64,000 nucleotides of DNA from assembly GCA_001783215.1 (NCBI GenBank), contig MFRA01000005.1:254322-318321 (forward strand), read 5' to 3'. This stretch comes from Candidatus Magasanikbacteria bacterium RIFOXYD1_FULL_40_23. GTDB taxonomy: Bacteria > Patescibacteriota > Patescibacteriia > Magasanikbacterales > GWA2-37-8. Both the position numbers and the translations under genes were made by a program. The notes under the pieces are model-generated. The model had not been told where the DNA came from, searched no databases, and worked only from the letters and a program-made list of their open reading frames with translations. Below, piece after piece: positions 58,510 through 64,000 of this stretch (the stretch's first letter is position 1; each line of letters starts with the position of its first letter).

Positions 58510-59739
58510 ATGCTTGGTGATAGAAAAAGTAAGTTAGAAAAGAATTTCTTCAAAATTTTTTTCATTAACGCCCTTCTTAATGTAAAGATGATAAATATTG
58601 TTATCTCTTTATTTTATGTTTACCGTAGTTTGCGAGTGGCAGATATTTTTTATTTAGGAGTTGTGTATTCGGCTACGGTAATACTAAGCGAGGTGCCATC
58701 AAGTTATTTGGCCGATAGATTTGGCAGAAAACGCACTATTATTATGGCCGCATTTTTTGGTCTTCTGCACTGGGTATTTTTTTTAACCGCAAATTCCTTT
58801 TTTCTATTTGCAATCGGCATAGTGTTTTATGCGCTGGCCGAATCTTGTATGAGCGGTACGGACGAAGCTTTTGTTTATGATACCAACAAAGAACTTAATA
58901 ACCAGTCTCAGTCATTACAAAAATTAAGTCGCTATTTTTCTTCCGAAAGATTTTTCAAAATATTTTCTGCGTTTTTGGGCGCTATTATTGCCAAAGATTT
59001 ACTGGATTGGCAATTTAACTCAATTATTATGGTAGATATGGTAGCGTCTGTGGTAGCTATTATCTTTGCCTTTACATTACTCGAGCCGAATCATTTTATG
59101 GATGTAGAAAAGCAGGAGGCTGGATTGATAAAGGATGCTTATAAAATTTTATCCAGAGACAAAACACTTATGTTTAGCGTACTTAATAAGCTGCTTGTGC
59201 TTATTGGCGCTCACTTGTGTTGGGCCTATGCCACGGTTTTCTTTGTTGATAACTTAAGCATATCTGTTGTAACTATGGGTATAGTTTGGAGCGTGTATCA
59301 TTTCTTGGTGTTGGGCGCCAGTCATTTTTTGCATTCTTTATGGCCAAATCATTCCGAAACAGTTAAGATTAATATGCTAAGCGCCGTTGTTTCGGCGGCT
59401 TTGGGGATGTTTCTTTTCAGTTGGTTCTTTTTCCCATATAAGTATATCCTTTTAGCGTTTTATCTTATAGTAGAATTCACTGCTTCTATAAGACAGCCTA
59501 TTTTTTCCAATATTTTTAATAAGCAATTCTTCTCCTATAATAGAGCTACCACCTTATCTATGGCCAATTTTGTCCAGCATGTATTTCAGATCCCGTTACT
59601 GCTGCTCACGGGCTGGCTTGTCGGTATAAATATTATTTTTCCGTATGTAGTTGCTTTATTCCTAGCGCTTGCCGCAGTTCTTTATTTTAGAATAAATCAA
59701 AAAGAACCTAACAATGTATATGTCTCAAAAACTATTTAA
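58510..59739 (+). CDS. MFS transporter
   Basis: EVPSSYLADRFGRK, SGTDEA.VYD, RAT.LS; about 12 TM segments. Confidence 0.9.
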   Translation: MLGDRKSKLEKNFFKIFFINALLNVKMINIVISLFYVYRSLRVADIFYLGVVYSATVILSEVPSSYLADRFGRKRTIIMAAFFGLLHWVFFLTANSFFLFAIGIVFYALAESCMSGTDEAFVYDTNKELNNQSQSLQKLSRYFSSERFFKIFSAFLGAIIAKDLLDWQFNSIIMVDMVASVVAIIFAFTLLEPNHFMDVEKQEAGLIKDAYKILSRDKTLMFSVLNKLLVLIGAHLCWAYATVFFVDNLSISVVTMGIVWSVYHFLVLGASHFLHSLWPNHSETVKINMLSAVVSAALGMFLFSWFFFPYKYILLAFYLIVEFTASIRQPIFSNIFNKQFFSYNRATTLSMANFVQHVFQIPLLLLTGWLVGINIIFPYVVALFLALAAVLYFRINQKEPNNVYVSKTI

Positions 59740-60622
59740 TGAAGATTATCTAAAGCATCTTTGCCAAAAATACAGCCTTACCCCGTCCAAAAAATATGGG
59801 CAGAATTATTTGGTAAATCCAGAGCCGATAGAAAAAATGGTAAATGCAGCAGAAATTAAAAAAGACGATGTGGTAGTAGAAGTGGGTCCGGGATTTGGCG
59901 TTCTTACGTTAGCTTTGGCAGAAAAGGCAAAAAAGGTAATTTCATTTGAAATTGAAAAAAAATTGACGACCTACTGGAAAAATATTACAGGTCATCCTGA
60001 ACGGAGTGAAGGATCCCTCTTGGCGAACGAAAGGGATTCTTCGGCAGAGCCTCAGAATGACAAATACAAGAATATAGAAATAGTTTGGGGAAATATATTA
60101 TACGAATTTAAAGGTGATGGATTAAAAGCGGGGGAGTACAAAGTAGTAGCCAATTTACCATACCAAATTACTTCGCATGTAATTAGGAAATTTTTGGAAA
60201 TGGAAAACAATCCAGATATGCTGGTGCTTATGGTGCAAAAAGAGGTAGCCGAAAGAATTTGTGCGCAAGCAGGTGATATGTCTGTTTTGGCGGTATCTGT
60301 TCAATATTATGGCAAGCCAGAGATTGTCACTTTTGTGCCACGTTCATCTTTTTGGCCAATGCCGGCGGTGGATTCGGCAGTAATAAAGATAAAAATAAAT
60401 AAAGATAATGCAGGTGCTAAAAATAATAGCGAATCTTTTTTCAAGCTTGTAAAAGCTGGTTTTTCTAGTCGTAGAAAAATGCTTATCAAAAATCTAAGCG
60501 CGGTAGCGGACAGGCAAGCTCTACGCAACCTATTTAAAGAACTGGGTATAGACGAAAAGGTGCGAGCGCAAGAATTAAGCGTGGAGCAGTGGAAAGAAAT
60601 AGTTGCCAAATTGTCATTCTGA
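59714..60622 (+). CDS. rsmA: 16S rRNA dimethyladenosine transferase with an in-frame palindromic insertion
   Basis: KKYGQNYL, EVGPGFG, ANLPYQIT, MVQKEVAERI, F.P.PAVDSA. Confidence 0.95.
   Translation: MYMSQKLFNEDYLKHLCQKYSLTPSKKYGQNYLVNPEPIEKMVNAAEIKKDDVVVEVGPGFGVLTLALAEKAKKVISFEIEKKLTTYWKNITGHPERSEGSLLANERDSSAEPQNDKYKNIEIVWGNILYEFKGDGLKAGEYKVVANLPYQITSHVIRKFLEMENNPDMLVLMVQKEVAERICAQAGDMSVLAVSVQYYGKPEIVTFVPRSSFWPMPAVDSAVIKIKINKDNAGAKNNSESFFKLVKAGFSSRRKMLIKNLSAVADRQALRNLFKELGIDEKVRAQELSVEQWKEIVAKLSF
59991..60061. repeat. GTCAT...ATGAC palindromic element, copy 5 (in frame in rsmA)
   Basis: Encodes GHPERSEGSLLANERDSSAEPQND. Confidence 0.9.
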
Positions 60623-60686
60623 AAGAAGTGGGAGAGCTCCTTTTAAAGTTTAAGGGATCCTTCGCTGCTGTGGCGGCTCAGGATGG
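60613..60686. repeat. GTCAT...ATGAC palindromic element, copy 6 (degenerate; supplies the rsmA stop)
   Basis: GTCATTCTGA...GGGATCCTTCG...GCTCAGGATGG. Confidence 0.75.
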
Positions 60687-60801
60687 TTTTTGCTTGCGAC
60701 AGCAAAAACCACTTATCCCCATTATTTTTTTATTTTGTTTGTGTTATAATATTGGAAGTAAGCAAGTGAAGCAATGAAGCTTATTTTAACCGATAGTTAG
60801 T

Positions 60802-61392
60802 ATGCCAGAGGAGCAAGACGGCGGCGGGTTAAGAAAAGAACAGAAAATGGGGATAGCCCTGCTTTCTATTTTTGCCGTGTTTGCAATCGTCTTGGGTTTC
60901 TTGCAAATTCGCAATACCATGTATGCGCCCTTTGCTCTAAACAATAAAGTTCCTTATGTAGTAAGAGATGAAATAGATACAAACGAAGCACTCATGTATC
61001 GCGATACAGACAAAGACGGGCTTAATGATTTTGATGAGTTGTATGTTTATATTACTAGTCCATATTTGGCAGATACCGACTCCGACGGTCTAGATGATAA
61101 AACAGAAATAGAAAAAGGTACCAGTCCTATTTGTGCGGAAGGGCAAACTTGCTCCGAGCTTGCTGCCAATGAGGACACTTTGTTAAACACTGCTCCGGCA
61201 GATTCGGCAACTTCCACTTTGGGGCCACCGCCTTCTACCGAAGAGCTTGACCAGCTTATAAATAATCCGGCAGAAATCCGCAAGATGTTGCTCGCTTCTG
61301 GTTTTGACAAAAAGATATTGGATCAAACATCCGATGCCGACCTTATGAAAATGGTAAAAGATGTTTTAAATTCTACCAGCACAACCCCTTAA
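60802..61392 (+). CDS. Single-TM protein with Ca-binding DxDxDG (thrombospondin type 3-like) repeats
   Basis: DTDKDGLNDFDE and DTDSDGLDDKTE. Confidence 0.8.
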   Translation: MPEEQDGGGLRKEQKMGIALLSIFAVFAIVLGFLQIRNTMYAPFALNNKVPYVVRDEIDTNEALMYRDTDKDGLNDFDELYVYITSPYLADTDSDGLDDKTEIEKGTSPICAEGQTCSELAANEDTLLNTAPADSATSTLGPPPSTEELDQLINNPAEIRKMLLASGFDKKILDQTSDADLMKMVKDVLNSTSTTP

Positions 61393-61399
61393 ACTTTAT

Positions 61400-64000
61400 A
61401 TGACAAAATTTAAAAAATTTGCTCTTAAAGTTCTATTATCTGTATTTACTTTTGTAACTGTGGGTGGTTCTTTGTTTTATGTTCAGCCTGCCAAAGCCTT
61501 CCCGGTAGAAATTACTTGGGACCCTGGCTATGTGTGGAGCGTGTACAAAAGCTTTATAAAAGACGCTGCCGTAAGTATCAGCGTACAAACTTTTTCATAT
61601 TTTTTACGTCGTATCGCCTACGATTCAGCTGTTTGGTTAGCCTCCGGAGGAAAAGGACAGTCGCCATTTGCGCAATACAAAAATTTTGGTGATTACATGA
61701 AAAATGTAGGAGACAACGCTGCCGGTGTAGCAATAGAGGCATTGGGTACAGACGTTGGTTTCAATTTATGTAAAATTCCAGACCCAAAGATAGATTTGGC
61801 AATGCGCATAGGTCTTACTTACAAATTTTTGGATTTGACACCGAATTTAAATACCTTACCTGGCGCAAGAAAACCAACCTGTACTTGGTCTACCTTTCAA
61901 AACGATGTCCTGAGTGCCGATAATTGGCAGAGTCAATTTGGAAGCACAAATGATGTAGCTCGCAAATTTAACGTAGCGTTTTCTGTTGAGCAAACAGATG
62001 TGGGTATACTTATGAGCGCCACAGAAAAGATAGATAAATATGTGGCTCAACAATCAGCTTCGGCTCAATTACAGCGTCAAGAGGGTGATGGATATAACCC
62101 ATTGTCTACCCTTATATCTAACGAAATAATAACGCCCGCTAAGAATGTTGCCGAATATGCTCAGTCACTAAATCCGGATCAGCAATCCAAATCAGCAGAG
62201 GCTGGATTTTTGTCCACTCTTGGTACTGGAGCAGTGGGCAGTATTGCTAGTGCTGCCGGTTTATTTTTAAACACTTTGGCCACACAGATGATGAAAAATT
62301 GGCAAACCAAAGGCATGTTGCCTTTTGGGGTTGGTTGTATTAATGGGGTAGTGGGTTCTGAATGTAAAACTTTACAAGACACGCTAACTAATTTACAAGG
62401 ACAAGTATCAAGAGGTGGTCTTCAAACTGCGCAGGCACTGTTTAGTGATCTGCTTACCCCTCCAAATATTGCTGTAGATCAATACAATGTATTGATTAAT
62501 TTTACCAATTGTCCTACCAGTCCTGCTCCGGATAATTGTGTTATTGACGCTGCTTTGGCTCAGGCAGCTCAAGAAGCCGATGCTGGTAAAACAGTAACTA
62601 TTGCTCAAGCTATAGAAAAAAATTGGCTTCATGGTGAATGGAAACTTATTTCTCCAGATCGTTTTGCAGACAATGTAGACCCTACCTGTTATCAGAGAGC
62701 CTATTGTTTTGCCAATATTGCCAAACTTCGCAAAGCAAGAATTTTTCCTTTAGGTTTTGAAATAGCGGCCTTAAAGAGTAATCCAGATAAACCATGGACA
62801 TTAAAACAAGTCGTAGATGGCTTTAATGATTGTAATTTTATAAGAGATACAAGTGGCAAAGTAGTTGGCGTAGAAAACGACCCAGTCAACAAGCCATTTT
62901 GTCATTTAATTGATCCGGAATGGGTAATCAAAGCGCCGCCATCAAAGTGTAATTTTATGGCTTATGGTTCCAGTCCATATTTTTCTGGTACTGCAAACCG
63001 TGCTCAAGAGTGTGTGGATATGACCACCTGTGTGGCCTATGATAAAGACGGAAATTGCGCCACTCAAGGATACTGCACCAGAGAAAAAAATGTTTGGAAG
63101 ATAGATGCGGGTCAGTGTGATGTGCAGAATCGTACTTGTAGATCTTTCCAAGACAGCACTGGCAAAACAGTAAGCTATCTCTATCGCACCCTTAACACAG
63201 GTTTTTGTACCCAAGAAACTGTAGGTTGTTCGCAGTATAGTCTAAAACAAAACAATACTGGTGCTTGGGTTGGTTATTCCAGTACAGACTTAAATGCTGT
63301 AGGAGAAAATTCTGCTATATATTTTAACGATAAGGTTTCCACAAACTGTTCCCCAAATTCAGAAGGATGTTCTGCTTTCAAAGTGGCAGATGGCGCAGAT
63401 ACACTTTATTTGCGTAAAGCACCATACTATTTGGGTTGTTATGATACAAACAATACAACTTTGGCCACAGATTGGCCTAGAACCGTCAGCGATTTAAACA
63501 GGCTTCCAAACAAACCAGAATGTAGCAAGTTCTCTTCTGCCTGTATTGCCGACGAAGTAAATTGTAATTGGTATGAACCAACTAGTTACTCTGGCGATGC
63601 AATACCGGGTAAATTTACACCTGCCACAGTAGTAGAAGATCAAATAGTTTGGAACGATCAATGTGATCAAAGATGCGTCGGCTACGCTGGTTATAGAGAA
63701 ATGCAGAGTAATTATTCAAATGGTCAATCACTTGCATACATTATTCCGTCTTCCGGTTCATCGTGTAGTGCGGCAGAAGAAGGTTGTGCCAGCTTTACCA
63801 ATTTATCAACCACTACAGGAAATTTAGAAACAGTTGAATATTATTCTTATCTACGCCCTTGTATTTTGCCTGATCCAGCCAGACAGAAAAATTTCTTTAC
63901 ATACGAAGGTTCTACGGTGGGTGGGTTCCAATTAAAATCCTTTATTTTAGAAAGAGACACAGATGGCAGTCCAAAATATTTCTATCGCACACCTCAAGAT
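61400..64000 (+). CDS. Large Cys-rich exported/surface protein, running off the window end (absent from the ORF track)
   Basis: ATG 61400 MTKFKKFALKVLL...PAKA signal peptide; AYDSAVWLASGGKGQSP; the same frame reads DGSPKYFYRTPQD at 64000; many Cys. Confidence 0.85.
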   Translation, partial: MTKFKKFALKVLLSVFTFVTVGGSLFYVQPAKAFPVEITWDPGYVWSVYKSFIKDAAVSISVQTFSYFLRRIAYDSAVWLASGGKGQSPFAQYKNFGDYMKNVGDNAAGVAIEALGTDVGFNLCKIPDPKIDLAMRIGLTYKFLDLTPNLNTLPGARKPTCTWSTFQNDVLSADNWQSQFGSTNDVARKFNVAFSVEQTDVGILMSATEKIDKYVAQQSASAQLQRQEGDGYNPLSTLISNEIITPAKNVAEYAQSLNPDQQSKSAEAGFLSTLGTGAVGSIASAAGLFLNTLATQMMKNWQTKGMLPFGVGCINGVVGSECKTLQDTLTNLQGQVSRGGLQTAQALFSDLLTPPNIAVDQYNVLINFTNCPTSPAPDNCVIDAALAQAAQEADAGKTVTIAQAIEKNWLHGEWKLISPDRFADNVDPTCYQRAYCFANIAKLRKARIFPLGFEIAALKSNPDKPWTLKQVVDGFNDCNFIRDTSGKVVGVENDPVNKPFCHLIDPEWVIKAPPSKCNFMAYGSSPYFSGTANRAQECVDMTTCVAYDKDGNCATQGYCTREKNVWKIDAGQCDVQNRTCRSFQDSTGKTVSYLYRTLNTGFCTQETVGCSQYSLKQNNTGAWVGYSSTDLNAVGENSAIYFNDKVSTNCSPNSEGCSAFKVADGADTLYLRKAPYYLGCYDTNNTTLATDWPRTVSDLNRLPNKPECSKFSSACIADEVNCNWYEPTSYSGDAIPGKFTPATVVEDQIVWNDQCDQRCVGYAGYREMQSNYSNGQSLAYIIPSSGSSCSAAEEGCASFTNLSTTTGNLETVEYYSYLRPCILPDPARQKNFFTYEGSTVGGFQLKSFILERDTDGSPKYFYRTPQD

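Overview
AT-rich bacterial chromosome segment using standard code 11. It is most consistent with a Patescibacteria/CPR organism. This is an inference from a CPR-type pilin, a giant Cys-rich surface protein, single-domain response regulators with an HQLxTP kinase, and scarce Shine-Dalgarno sites. Housekeeping genes: dnaE (5'-truncated), tsaD, HU, rny, truB, infB, trxA, leuS, split comEC, nusA, yidC, groES-groEL (with a CIRCE variant), prfB, tsaC, rsmA, tRNA-Met(CAT) and tRNA-Glu(TTC). Accessory content: a direct-repeat-flanked cassette at tRNA-Glu encoding a HEPN-like protein and a RelA/SpoT synthetase-domain fusion; an ECF sigma/anti-sigma/MacAB-like module with two identifiable ECF promoters; a high-GC orphan gene; and a two-component locus wrapped around a long and a short paralogue of a doubly membrane-anchored surface protein. 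The most striking unannotated layer is a set of at least five families of short palindromic elements. One family (GTCAT...ATGAC, 6 copies) is inserted in frame in tsaD, rsmA and an O-antigen ligase gene. A second family always ends exactly 3 nt before a start codon. There is also a promoter-and-terminator-bounded C-rich candidate sRNA, a 6S-like rod upstream of rny, a LeuRS with NUDIX and HAD inserts, and a TsaC-TM-glycoside hydrolase fusion. All calls come from reading motifs by eye; no database searches were run.
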